Source: an uncultured Gemmatimonadales bacterium
GTDB taxonomy: Bacteria > Gemmatimonadota > Gemmatimonadetes > Gemmatimonadales > GWC2-71-9
Length of the DNA: 64,000 nt
Assembly: GCA_963779755.1 (NCBI GenBank)
Contig: CAVZZO010000003.1
Span: 608,001 to 672,000 of the forward strand
Direction: 5' to 3'
In this document: one piece after another, positions 52,475-62,595 of the stretch
How the letters are laid out: every line of letters starts with the position of its first letter
Numbering within the stretch: the stretch's first letter is position 1
Notes under the pieces: generated by a model
Told to the model about the DNA's origin: nothing
What the model saw: the letters and a program-made list of their open reading frames with translations, nothing else
Databases searched by the model: none
Made by a program: the position numbers and the translations under genes

Positions 52475-54892
52475 TCATAGAAGGCTCACCGGATCCCGGT
52501 CGATCACCACCCGCACCTCCCTGCCCGCCCGCGTGATGCGGGGGGCGGCGTACCGCACCACCCGTCCCAGCACCTCGGATTCTCCCTTGAGCAGTACGTG
52601 CCAGCGCCAGCGTTCCTTGATCCGGGCCAGCGGGCAGGGAGCGGGGCCCAGAATGGTCAGCGGCAGGCTGTGCTTCTCCGCCAGTGCGCCGCACCAGTCG
52701 GCCAGGCCCATGGCCGCATTGCTCACCGGCCCTTCGGCCAGCCCCGAGACTACCAGGTTCACCAGCGAAACCACCGGCGGGTAGGGGGGTGCGGCGCGGT
52801 GGGCCAGCTCCTCCCGGAGAAATCCATCGGGGTCGTGCGCCGCGGCCCAGCGCAGCGCATGGTGTTCGGGATTGCGGGTCTGCACCAGCACCTGGCCGCC
52901 GCGGGGCCCGCGGCCCGCCCGCCCGGCCACCTGCGCCATCAACTGGAACGTCCGTTCCGCTGCGCGGAAATCGGGCAGATGCAGCCCGATGTCGGCGTCC
53001 ACCACGCCGACCAGCGTGACATTGGGGAAGTCGAGGCCCTTGGCGATCATCTGCGTCCCCAGCAGCAGATTCACATCGCCGCGCTCCACCGCGCTCAGGA
53101 TCCGGTGGTGCGACCAGCGGGTGCTGGTGGTATCGAGGTCCATCCGCGCGATCCGGGCTTCGGGAAAGCGGTCGCCCAGCATGCGCTCGAGCTGCTGGGT
53201 CCCGATGCCGCGCATGCGCTGGACGTGGTGGGCACACTCCGGACACAGCTCGGGCACCGCCTCCTGGTGCATGCAGTAGTGGCAGCGCAGCGTGACCGGC
53301 ACCTGGTGCACGGTGAGGCTGATGCTGCAGTTGGGGCATTCCTGTACGTGGCCGCAATCCGGACATTGGAGGAAGGTGGCAAACCCCCGGCGATTCAGCA
53401 GCAGGAGCACCTGCTCGCCGCGGGCCAGGGTGCCCCCCACCGCGCGGTCCAGGTCAATCGACCAGGGCACCGGGCCGGTGTTGGTGGCGCGGGCGGCGAT
53501 GCGTAGATCGATCAGCCGCACCGGCGGCAGCGGCCGGTCGGCCACGCGCACGGGGAGGCGCAGCAGGGTCAGGCCGGCCCCGACCCGCGCCATGCTTTCG
53601 GGCGACGGCGTGGCGCTGCCCAGCAGGAGCTTCGCCCCTTCGAGCCGGGCGCGGACCACTGCCACATCGCGGGCGTGATACCTGGGGGCTTCGCCGTTCT
53701 TGTACGTCGCCTCGTGCTCCTCATCCAGGATGATGAGTCCCAGATCTTTCACCGGGGCGAAGATCGCGCTGCGGGCGCCGACCGCCACCCGCCGCTCGCC
53801 CCGTCGCAGCAGCCGCCAGGCGTCGGCCCGCTCGCCGTCCGAGAGCCCGCTATGCAGAACGGCGACCTGCTCGCCGAACGCGCCGCGCACGCGCGCCACG
53901 GTCTGCGGCGTGAGGCTGATCTCCGGCACCAGGAGAATGGCGCCGCGGCCCGCCTCCAGCTCACGGCGGATGGCCCGAAGGTACACCAGCGTCTTGCCGC
54001 TGCCGGTGACCCCGAAGAGCAGTGCCCCCTCACCGCCCGCCAGCGCCTCGATGGCGGTGATGGCGCGTGCCTGGTCCGGGGTCAGCCGCTCCGGCGGCGG
54101 TACGCCGGGTGCGTCGGCAAAGGGATCCCGGATCCGCTCCACCAGGGCCACCGTGGCGAGTCCCCGCCGTACCAGGCCGCGCACCACGGTGTCGCTGGTC
54201 TCGAGCCGCTGCACCAGGTGGCTCACCGGCGCCTCGCCCCCCAGCTCCTCCAGCAGCTCCAGCAGGCGCCGCTGGGCCGGGGAGCGCCGGAAGATCGTCT
54301 CCCGCTCCAGCAGGGTGGGCGCGGAGCCCGCGAGCCGCAACACCCGCTCCGTTGCCGTCCCGCGATCGACCTCCGGCGGCTGGACCTCGAGACTCACCGC
54401 TCCGACCCGGGCCAGGCGGTTCAGGGCATCCCAGACCGGACGCCGGAGACTGCGCGCCAGGGCGCTCACCGGCGCTTCGCCGCCCTTCGTTTCCAGCCGC
54501 TCCAGGATCTGCGCTCCCAGCCCGCCCGGCACCAGGGCGGCATCGCGCACGCGCACCAGCACCCGCGATGCGCCCCACATGCCCGACGGCAGCATGGCCC
54601 GCAGCGTGAGGCCGAGGGGCACGCCATAATAGCCGGCGATCCATTCGGCGGTCCGCAGGAGCGCGGGTGAAAGAGCGGGCTCGTCGTCGGGAGCGGAGAG
54701 GATGTCGCGCGGGGTTGCCTGGGGCGGGGGGGCGTTGCACGCCACCACGACGCCGATCAGCTCACGGCCGCGGACCGGCACCACGACGCGCGCCCCGGGA
54801 GCCACCCGGTCGGCGAGGCCGGTGGGAATGCGGTAGGTGTAAGGCTCGGCCAGCGGCAGAGGAAGCGCCACCCGGCCGAAGCCGGCCGTCAT
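52475..54892 (-). CDS. priA: Replication restart helicase PriA
   Basis: GVTGSGKT, VPEISLTPQ, DEEHE, LNRRGF, two Cys clusters and GTQMIAKGLDFPNV. Confidence 0.96.
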   Translation of the reverse strand: MTAGFGRVALPLPLAEPYTYRIPTGLADRVAPGARVVVPVRGRELIGVVVACNAPPPQATPRDILSAPDDEPALSPALLRTAEWIAGYYGVPLGLTLRAMLPSGMWGASRVLVRVRDAALVPGGLGAQILERLETKGGEAPVSALARSLRRPVWDALNRLARVGAVSLEVQPPEVDRGTATERVLRLAGSAPTLLERETIFRRSPAQRRLLELLEELGGEAPVSHLVQRLETSDTVVRGLVRRGLATVALVERIRDPFADAPGVPPPERLTPDQARAITAIEALAGGEGALLFGVTGSGKTLVYLRAIRRELEAGRGAILLVPEISLTPQTVARVRGAFGEQVAVLHSGLSDGERADAWRLLRRGERRVAVGARSAIFAPVKDLGLIILDEEHEATYKNGEAPRYHARDVAVVRARLEGAKLLLGSATPSPESMARVGAGLTLLRLPVRVADRPLPPVRLIDLRIAARATNTGPVPWSIDLDRAVGGTLARGEQVLLLLNRRGFATFLQCPDCGHVQECPNCSISLTVHQVPVTLRCHYCMHQEAVPELCPECAHHVQRMRGIGTQQLERMLGDRFPEARIARMDLDTTSTRWSHHRILSAVERGDVNLLLGTQMIAKGLDFPNVTLVGVVDADIGLHLPDFRAAERTFQLMAQVAGRAGRGPRGGQVLVQTRNPEHHALRWAAAHDPDGFLREELAHRAAPPYPPVVSLVNLVVSGLAEGPVSNAAMGLADWCGALAEKHSLPLTILGPAPCPLARIKERWRWHVLLKGESEVLGRVVRYAAPRITRAGREVRVVIDRDPVSLL

Positions 54893-55905
54893 CGGCGGGC
54901 GACCCCCAGGCCCGGCTGGGACGGCAGCTGCACCTGGCCGCCGGCGATGGTGGCGCCGCTGAAGGGATCGTCCGCCAGCAGGGCGGCCCCGTCCAGGTCG
55001 ACGATATCCACCAGCGGCGTGAAGTGGGCGGCCGCGGTGATCGCGAGCGAGCTTTCGATCATGCACCCGACCATGACCATCAGGTGGTGGGCGCGCGCGA
55101 CCGCAATCATCCGCAGCGCTTCGCGCAGGCTGCCGCACTTGGCCAGCTTGATATTGATGCCGTCGACGCAGCCTGCCAGCCGCGGGATGTCTTCGGCGGT
55201 GCGGCAGCTCTCGTCGGCAATGAGCGGAAGGTCGGCGCGCCGGCGGATCTCGGCCAGGCCGGCGTGATCCTCGGGCGGTAACGGCTGCTCCAGCACGGTC
55301 ACGCCGTATTCCTTCAGAACCGGCAGCATGGCGATGGACCGTTTTACCGTCCAGCCGCAGTTGGCGTCCACCCGGAGCTCCTTGTCGGTCACTTCGCGGA
55401 TGGTCTGGAGCAGCTCGATATCGCGGCCGGTGCCGAGCTTGATCTTCAGGATCGGATATTCCGCGGCCTCCCGCACTTTCGTCTGCATCGCGTCGGGTGT
55501 GTCGATCCCGATGGTAAACGTGGAACGCGGCGCGCGCGCCGGATCCAGTCCCCAGAGCCGGTACAGCGGCTGCCCCAGGCGCTTGCCCCAGAGATCGTGC
55601 AGGGCGGCGGAGAGGGCCGCGCGGGCCGCCGGGTTGCGCCGCATGGCGGCTTCCCAGCCCTGTTCGGCCGTCTCCAGCTGGAAGGCGTCGTCGGGAAGCA
55701 CGGTGGCGTAGGTCTGCAGGGCGGCCAGAATGGTCTGCGCCGTCTCGCCGTAGAACTTCGAGGGCGCCGCCTCCCCCCAGCCTTCGAGGCCGTCACCGTC
55801 GGTGAGCCGCACCCACACGGTGTCATACTCGCTCTGCCCCCCCCGGGCGATGATAAAGGGATGGCGGGTGCGCAGCTGGAGAACTTCAGCGTGAAGGCGA
55901 AGCAT
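54889..55905 (-). CDS. Dipeptide epimerase (L-Ala-D/L-Glu epimerase, enolase superfamily)
   Basis: KIKLG, RVDAN, EQPL, ADES, NIKLAKCG, GCMIES and DLDG motifs. Confidence 0.9.
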   Translation of the reverse strand: MLRLHAEVLQLRTRHPFIIARGGQSEYDTVWVRLTDGDGLEGWGEAAPSKFYGETAQTILAALQTYATVLPDDAFQLETAEQGWEAAMRRNPAARAALSAALHDLWGKRLGQPLYRLWGLDPARAPRSTFTIGIDTPDAMQTKVREAAEYPILKIKLGTGRDIELLQTIREVTDKELRVDANCGWTVKRSIAMLPVLKEYGVTVLEQPLPPEDHAGLAEIRRRADLPLIADESCRTAEDIPRLAGCVDGINIKLAKCGSLREALRMIAVARAHHLMVMVGCMIESSLAITAAAHFTPLVDIVDLDGAALLADDPFSGATIAGGQVQLPSQPGLGVARR

Positions 55906-55942
55906 GGAAGATTCCAGTTATTAGGAAAGTGCCGAGTCAATC

Positions 55943-56112
55943 TAACCGCGAAGACGCGAAGAACGCGAAGGGCATTTCGCCGCAGAGGCTCGAAAGTCGC
56001 AACAGGCATGATACCCATAGCCTGTGCCGCTCAGGGCGTGATTGTCTGGCCCCAATCGCAGCAGGGACTCCCAAAGCACATCCCCATCGCGTGCTTCGCG
56101 TCTTCGCGGTTA
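55943..56112. repeat. 170-bp element with perfect 19-bp terminal inverted repeats built from 9-mer units (MITE/REP-like)
   Basis: TAACCGCGAAGACGCGAAG (55943-55961) and CTTCGCGTCTTCGCGGTTA (56094-56112); lower-GC non-coding interior. Confidence 0.82.
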
Positions 56113-56158
56113 ACTCGCAGCTCTTCCAGTTTTCTGCCTGTTTGCGCCAGGAATGGTT

Positions 56159-57061
56159 CTACCCCAAAGCCGCGATGTGGGCCGCAGCCCCCTCGGCCAG
56201 CCGCGGCGGATCGTAGCCCCCCTCCAGCAGGCTCACGATAGGCGTGGCGGGCAGCCGTTCGCGCAGGCGGGCGGTCCACTGGGCGTAGTGTTCCGGCTCC
56301 AGCGTGAAGCCCCCCAGCGGGTCGCCCTGCATGGCATCGAAACCGGAGGAGATGAGCAGCAGCTCCGGATCCCAGCGGTTGGTGGCGGCCACCACCGCCT
56401 CCCACAGCGCCTCGCGGTAGCGCTCGGGCGCGAGGCCCGGCCCCAGAGGAACGTTGAAGATGTTGCCCACGCCTCGCTCGTTCGCTGCGCCGGTGCCCGG
56501 ATACCAGGGCGACTGGTGCAGGCTGACGTAGCGCACCGTTGGATCGGTCTCCACCAGGGCCTGGGTGCCGTTGCCATGGTGCACATCCCAATCGACGATC
56601 AGCACCCGCTCACGACCCAGCCGCGCCGCGTGCCGGGCCAGCACGACGACGGTATTGACCAGGCAGAACCCCATGGCCTGCTCGGCCAGCGCATGGTGTC
56701 CCGGCGGCCGTACGGCGGCGAAGGCATGCCCGCGACCCTGGTGGGCATGCTGCAGGGCGGCCAGGCCGGCACCGGCGGCACCCAGCACGGCATCGAAACT
56801 GGCGGGCATCGCAATGGTATCGGGGTCCAGGCGACCTCCCCCCAGATCGCAGAGGCGCCGCAACCCGGCGATATAACCCGGAAGATGCGGCGGTGTCAGG
56901 TCGTCCGGCCGGGCGGCGTACGCCTCATGAAGGCGGAACCGGGGGTCGTCGCCCAGGCGGTCGAGCAGGGTGGTCAGCCGCAGCGGGCGTTCCGGCGCCC
57001 CCGGCCCCGGGTCGTGCCGGCGGCAATCGGGATGGGTAAAGACCGCAACCGGAGGCGCCAT
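56159..57061 (-). CDS. Histone deacetylase family protein
   Basis: PERPLRL, RPPGHHA, MGFC, DWDVHHGNGTQ, SSGFDA..GDPLG and LEGGY. Confidence 0.93.
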   Translation of the reverse strand: MAPPVAVFTHPDCRRHDPGPGAPERPLRLTTLLDRLGDDPRFRLHEAYAARPDDLTPPHLPGYIAGLRRLCDLGGGRLDPDTIAMPASFDAVLGAAGAGLAALQHAHQGRGHAFAAVRPPGHHALAEQAMGFCLVNTVVVLARHAARLGRERVLIVDWDVHHGNGTQALVETDPTVRYVSLHQSPWYPGTGAANERGVGNIFNVPLGPGLAPERYREALWEAVVAATNRWDPELLLISSGFDAMQGDPLGGFTLEPEHYAQWTARLRERLPATPIVSLLEGGYDPPRLAEGAAAHIAALG

Positions 57062-57062
57062 G

Positions 57063-57335
57063 CTACTCCTTCCCGTCACCGCGCCGGAGCAGGTCCCGCA
57101 GCGAGTGTATCTGGCGGCGGAGCTCCTCGCGACCCTGCGCGATATCCCGCAGCCGGCGCTGGTGGCGCCGGTAGTAGAAGGCCGTGAAGCCGGCGACCAG
57201 GACCATGGCCGCCCCGACCAGGCCCAGGGTCATCGAATGCATCCAGGCACCGGCCAGCAGCAGCAGAATGCCGTCGAGCAGCAAAAGCCCGACGGCAAGA
57301 ATGGTCATGATCCGGCCGCCGCCCCGGCGGAGCAT
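57063..57335 (-). CDS. Small hypothetical membrane protein (2 TM plus basic helix); start may be 57308
   Basis: Two hydrophobic segments; fits the operon spacing. Confidence 0.65.
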   Translation of the reverse strand: MLRRGGGRIMTILAVGLLLLDGILLLLAGAWMHSMTLGLVGAAMVLVAGFTAFYYRRHQRRLRDIAQGREELRRQIHSLRDLLRRGDGKE

Positions 57336-57340
57336 GGGAG

Positions 57341-57607
57341 TCAGCGAACCGCCCGCCGGCGCCGGGGCAGGATGATCAACGCGGCATTCGGCACCACGCC
57401 CAGCTCGCCCAGCGTCCGCTCCTCCGGCTGGAGCAGAGCTCCCCGGAACTTGACATCATAGAGGGCGGGATCGCGGGGGACGTGCACCCGCTCCAGAGCC
57501 CGCCGCTTCAGCTCGGCCAGCGAGGTATCGGCCGGCAGCTCGAGCGTCACGGCGTCCCAGACATCCTGCACCATGACCCGCACCGCCAGCAGCGTCCCGG
57601 CCGTCAT
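57341..57607 (-). CDS. Small ubiquitin-like (beta-grasp, EsaB/YukD-like) protein
   Basis: 88 aa from ATG 57607 (ATGA overlap): VTLELPADTSLAELKRRAL...VKFRGALL...RTLGELGV...LIIL follows the ubiquitin pattern. Confidence 0.68.
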   Translation of the reverse strand: MTAGTLLAVRVMVQDVWDAVTLELPADTSLAELKRRALERVHVPRDPALYDVKFRGALLQPEERTLGELGVVPNAALIILPRRRRAVR

Positions 57608-57876
57608 GCGATCTCCATGCTGGCCGAGGGCAGCGTCGAGAGGAAGCGGGTGACGGCCTGGTCGTAGAACAGGGTGGAAGCGCGCACCCGGGTGCCTTCC
57701 GGCGAGCCGGTCACCGAAAAGACCGCCTCTTCCCCGCCCTGCCCCCGCAGGGTCAGATAGCCGGGGCCTTCCTCTTCGGGAAAGGCCGCCTGCTGCGGAA
57801 TCCGCTCGGTGAAGAACCGCTTGGCCCGGCGCAGCACCTCGGCGCCCTCCATGCTGGTCACGCACTCGTGTACCAT
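57604..57876 (-). CDS. Hypothetical protein (90 aa)
   Basis: GAGGAG RBS, protein-like composition, translationally coupled to the ubiquitin-like gene. Confidence 0.7.
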   Translation of the reverse strand: MVHECVTSMEGAEVLRRAKRFFTERIPQQAAFPEEEGPGYLTLRGQGGEEAVFSVTGSPEGTRVRASTLFYDQAVTRFLSTLPSASMEIA

Positions 57877-57969
57877 CCAGACACTCCTCTCCAGGGTTAC
57901 ACGCCGCTCGGCGCGATGCCGGCCGGACCGAAATATAGATACGGTGGAATGGCGGCGCCTCCCGGGCGC

Positions 57970-58659
57970 TCAGGCCGGTTGCGCGGCGACCTCCGCCTGG
58001 AAGACCTCGGGCGGCCGGAACAGGGCCAGCAGGGAGGGCCGGCGGCGCAGGACCAGCAGCACCTCGCCCGGCGGCGCGGGGCTGAGGCCGTGGACGCTGA
58101 GGAAGGCGGGGAGGCCGGCGTCGTCCGGCGGCGCCACCCGCCAGGGGCGGCCGTGCCAGTCGAGCCTCAACTCGGCCGGGATGCGGCGGACCAGCCGGTC
58201 GAAGAAATAATCGTGCTCGACCCGGTACACACCGCGCTCTACCGCCTCGCCGTCCAGGAAGAACAGCGGGTCGAATTCGGCGCCTTCCCGGCGGGCGAAG
58301 TTGTGCTCCGCGGCCAGGTCGAGATCACCCAGCACATCGGTGCGGGCCCGCCACTCGAGGTGATGGCGGATTTCATGAGTGAGGGTTTCCCACGCTTCCT
58401 CGCGCCAGTCAAAACCGGGGTCGCGCCGGGCGAGGGCGGCAAACGAGCCGTGATAGAGGACAATCCGGCTCTGCAATTCGTCCAGGGAGGGTTCCCCCAG
58501 CAATTCGGGGATGCACTCCCCCAGCGTGTAAACGCCCTCCCGCAGGGGGTGCGGCAGCGCAGCGGGCGAGACTTCGACGGCCGTGATGCCGTCGAGAAAG
58601 CCGCTCGGCAGTTCCTGCTCGAGCCGCTGGACCAGATCCTCGAAATCCCGGAAGCGCAT
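57970..58659 (-). CDS. Zincin-like metallopeptidase family protein
   Basis: RIVLYHGSF and ETLTHEIRHHLE (HExxH) in the N-terminal half. Confidence 0.78.
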   Translation of the reverse strand: MRFRDFEDLVQRLEQELPSGFLDGITAVEVSPAALPHPLREGVYTLGECIPELLGEPSLDELQSRIVLYHGSFAALARRDPGFDWREEAWETLTHEIRHHLEWRARTDVLGDLDLAAEHNFARREGAEFDPLFFLDGEAVERGVYRVEHDYFFDRLVRRIPAELRLDWHGRPWRVAPPDDAGLPAFLSVHGLSPAPPGEVLLVLRRRPSLLALFRPPEVFQAEVAAQPA

Positions 58660-58674
58660 GCCCGGACCGCCCGG

Positions 58675-59955
58675 TCAGACCTGCTCGAGCGCCTGCCGGA
58701 TGTCGGCGATAATGTCCTCATAGTGTTCTACGCCGACCGAAAGCCGGACCATGCCCGGCCCGATCCCCATGCGACGTTGCTGGTCGGGCGCGATATCGGC
58801 ATGGGTCATGGTTCCCGGGTGCTCCGCCAGCGATTCGGTGCCGCCCAGGCTGACGGCCAGCTTGACCATCGCGAGCGCGTTCAGGAAGCGGAAGGCCCCG
58901 GCTTCGCCGCCGTCCACTTCGAAGCTCATCAGCGATCCCGGCGCCAGGCACTGCCGCCGGTAGACGGCGTGCATGGGATCGGACTCGGAGAGCAGCCCGA
59001 GATAGGACACCTCCCGCACGCGGGCGTGGCCGTCCAGAAAGTCGGCCACATAGCGCGCGTTCTTCATCTGGGCCGTCATCCGCATCTTGAGCGTTTCCAG
59101 GCTGCGAAGCAGCAGCCAGCCGGTCCAGGGGCCGGCCATGGTGCCCATGAAGGTGCGCAGCGCCCGGACCGGGCCCAGCACCCGGGCGCCGCCCAGCACG
59201 GCGCCGGCAATGACATCGCTGTGGCCCCCGATGAACTTGGTGGCGGAGTACAGCACCAGGTCGGCGCCGTGTTGCAGCGGGTGCTGCCAGAGCGGGCCCA
59301 GGAAGGTGTTGTCCACCATGAGCACGGGCGGCTCGCCGCCGGGCGCGAGGCGCCGCAGCAGGGCCGCGGTACCCGCGATGTCCACCAGGGAGTTGGTGGG
59401 ATTGGCCGGAGTTTCGACCAGAGCAGCGGGAATCCGCCGGCCCTGGATACGCGCCCGCAGATCGTCCTCCAGGCTCTCGGCCGGCCGGCCGGCGGGAAAG
59501 CCCACCGGGACAATGCCGAACTCGGGCAGCACGTGGCGGATCAGGTGATCGGAGCCGCCGTAGAGGGGTTCGCTGTGCACCAGGACATCGCCCGGACGGA
59601 GATAAGCCAGCAGGCTGGTGGCGATCGCCGCCATCCCGCTTTCGAAGACGGCGCAGTCTTCGGCCTTATCCCAGAGCGACAGCCGGTCTTCCAGTACCTC
59701 GAGATCGGGATTGTTGAGGCGGCTGTAGATGAGGCCGGTCTGCTCGCCGGGTCCGGCTTCGCGCAGGCCGTAGGCCACCTCGAAGAAGGCCTTGCCCGCC
59801 TCGGCCGACTCGAAGACGAACGTGGAGGTCTGAAAAATGGGGCACTTGACCGCCCCTTCGGAGAGCCGCGGCTCGTAGCCGTAGCTCATCATCAGGCTCT
59901 CCGGCCGCAGCTCGTGACCGTCCGGCAGGCGGCGGGATGGTTTGGGGAGGGACAC
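58675..59955 (-). CDS. Cystathionine gamma-synthase / methionine gamma-lyase family PLP enzyme
   Basis: PIFQTSTF, YSRLNNP, FESGMAAI, ETPANPT, VDNTF, SATKFIGGHSD and AVSLGGTESL. Confidence 0.92.
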   Translation of the reverse strand: MSLPKPSRRLPDGHELRPESLMMSYGYEPRLSEGAVKCPIFQTSTFVFESAEAGKAFFEVAYGLREAGPGEQTGLIYSRLNNPDLEVLEDRLSLWDKAEDCAVFESGMAAIATSLLAYLRPGDVLVHSEPLYGGSDHLIRHVLPEFGIVPVGFPAGRPAESLEDDLRARIQGRRIPAALVETPANPTNSLVDIAGTAALLRRLAPGGEPPVLMVDNTFLGPLWQHPLQHGADLVLYSATKFIGGHSDVIAGAVLGGARVLGPVRALRTFMGTMAGPWTGWLLLRSLETLKMRMTAQMKNARYVADFLDGHARVREVSYLGLLSESDPMHAVYRRQCLAPGSLMSFEVDGGEAGAFRFLNALAMVKLAVSLGGTESLAEHPGTMTHADIAPDQQRRMGIGPGMVRLSVGVEHYEDIIADIRQALEQV

Positions 59956-59984
59956 GGCGATCCGATCCTTCCGGGCCGGCGGCG

Positions 59985-61319
<1,335 letters not shown>

Positions 61320-61503
61320 GGGAGGATCGGCAAAAGTAAGGGAAAACCGGGTCGAGCCCGGCGGAAGTTAGGCCGGGGCGGTGTCGGCTGGAAGCTCTTC
61401 GCCCTTTCTTCGGACGGGCCTGCTCACGGGTTATCGTCGGGCGCATACGGCGGAGATCGGATAGCGAGACGGCGGTCGGAACAGATCCGGCCGCCGTCGT
61501 CTG

Positions 61504-61581
61504 CAGGAACCAGCAGTCAGGAACCGGGAATCAGGGTCCCGCCGCCCTTCCCTGATTCCTGATTCCCGGTTCCTGGTCCCT
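61504..61581. repeat. Heptamer tandem/inverted repeat (CAGGAAY type) overlapping the ypdA 3' end
   Basis: CAGGAAC CAGCAGT CAGGAAC CGGGAAT CAGGG ... CCCTG ATTCCTG ATTCCCG GTTCCTG GTCCCT. Confidence 0.82.
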
Positions 61582-62595
61582 CACAAAGTGCGCGACGATC
61601 ATCTCCCCGTGCTCCCGGGTGTTCTCGATGAACAGCTTGTTCGCGTCTTTCCCCGCCGCAAGCACCCCGGCGATATAGACCCCCGGTATCGGGGTCGCCA
61701 GCGTGGCCGGATCGTGCGCGGGTACGCCGGTCTCGGGATCCACCGGGACGCCGAGGGACGCCACCAGCGTGGTGTCGGAGCGGTAGCCCGTCATGGCCAG
61801 CACCGCGTCGGCCGGGAGCGTCTCCGCACCGTCGGGGCCTTCGATTTCCACCGCGTCGGGGCGGATGGCCCGAATGCGAGCGTTCCAGCGCACCCCGATG
61901 CTTCCGTCCCTGATCCGATTGGTGATATCCGGCAGCACCCAGGCCTTGACCCGCCGATCCAGCTCCGCCAGGAAGTGTACCAGCGTCACCTGGGCGCCGG
62001 CCCGCCAGCACTCCAGCGCGGCGTCCACCGCGCTGTTTCCCGCGCCCACGACCACGACCCGCCGATGCCAGTAGGCGTGGCCCTCGGTGAAGTAGTGGTG
62101 TACGTGCGGGAGCTCCTCTCCCGGCACCCCGAGCAGGTTGGGCGTGTCATAGTAGCCCGTAGCCACCACCACGCCCCGGGAGCGATAGTGGCGCTCGCCA
62201 TCGCGGTGGCGCGCCGTGGTCAGGAAGGAACCATCGGCGTCCCGGCGGGCCGCCGTGACCCGCTCGCCCACGCGCACATCCAGCCTGAAATGCTCCGCGA
62301 TGCGGCGGTAATAGAGCAGCCCGTCGGTCCGGCTGGGCTTGTCGCCGCTGGGGATGAACGGCACATCGCCCAGTTCGAGGCGTTCGGGCGTGGAGAAGAA
62401 CCGCATATTGAGGGGGTAGCGCTCGATGGCGGACACCACCGTGTCCTTGTCCAGCAGGATACAGGAAATCCGGTGCCGCCGGGCGGCAATGCCGACCGCC
62501 AGGCCGACGGGTCCGGCGCCGACGACCAGCAGGGAGGTGGACTCGTTCGGGTCAGACACAGGGGAAACCTGGAAGCGGGAAACGGGAAGCGCCAT
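61531..62595 (-). CDS. ypdA: YpdA family putative bacillithiol disulfide reductase (start ATG 62595 or GTG 62559)
   Basis: VVGAGPVG, YPLNMRFFSTPERLELG, ATGYYDTPN.L.VPGE.LPHV.HY, GAGNSAVDAALE, KAWVLPD and FIENTREHG. Confidence 0.88.
   Translation of the reverse strand: MALPVSRFQVSPVSDPNESTSLLVVGAGPVGLAVGIAARRHRISCILLDKDTVVSAIERYPLNMRFFSTPERLELGDVPFIPSGDKPSRTDGLLYYRRIAEHFRLDVRVGERVTAARRDADGSFLTTARHRDGERHYRSRGVVVATGYYDTPNLLGVPGEELPHVHHYFTEGHAYWHRRVVVVGAGNSAVDAALECWRAGAQVTLVHFLAELDRRVKAWVLPDITNRIRDGSIGVRWNARIRAIRPDAVEIEGPDGAETLPADAVLAMTGYRSDTTLVASLGVPVDPETGVPAHDPATLATPIPGVYIAGVLAAGKDANKLFIENTREHGEMIVAHFVRDQEPGIRNQGRAAGP

Noticed and set aside
61320..61500. T-box leader upstream of glyQS
   Set aside because: No T-box consensus (GGTGGNACCGCG) or U-tailed terminator; only a GC hairpin at 61468-61498.
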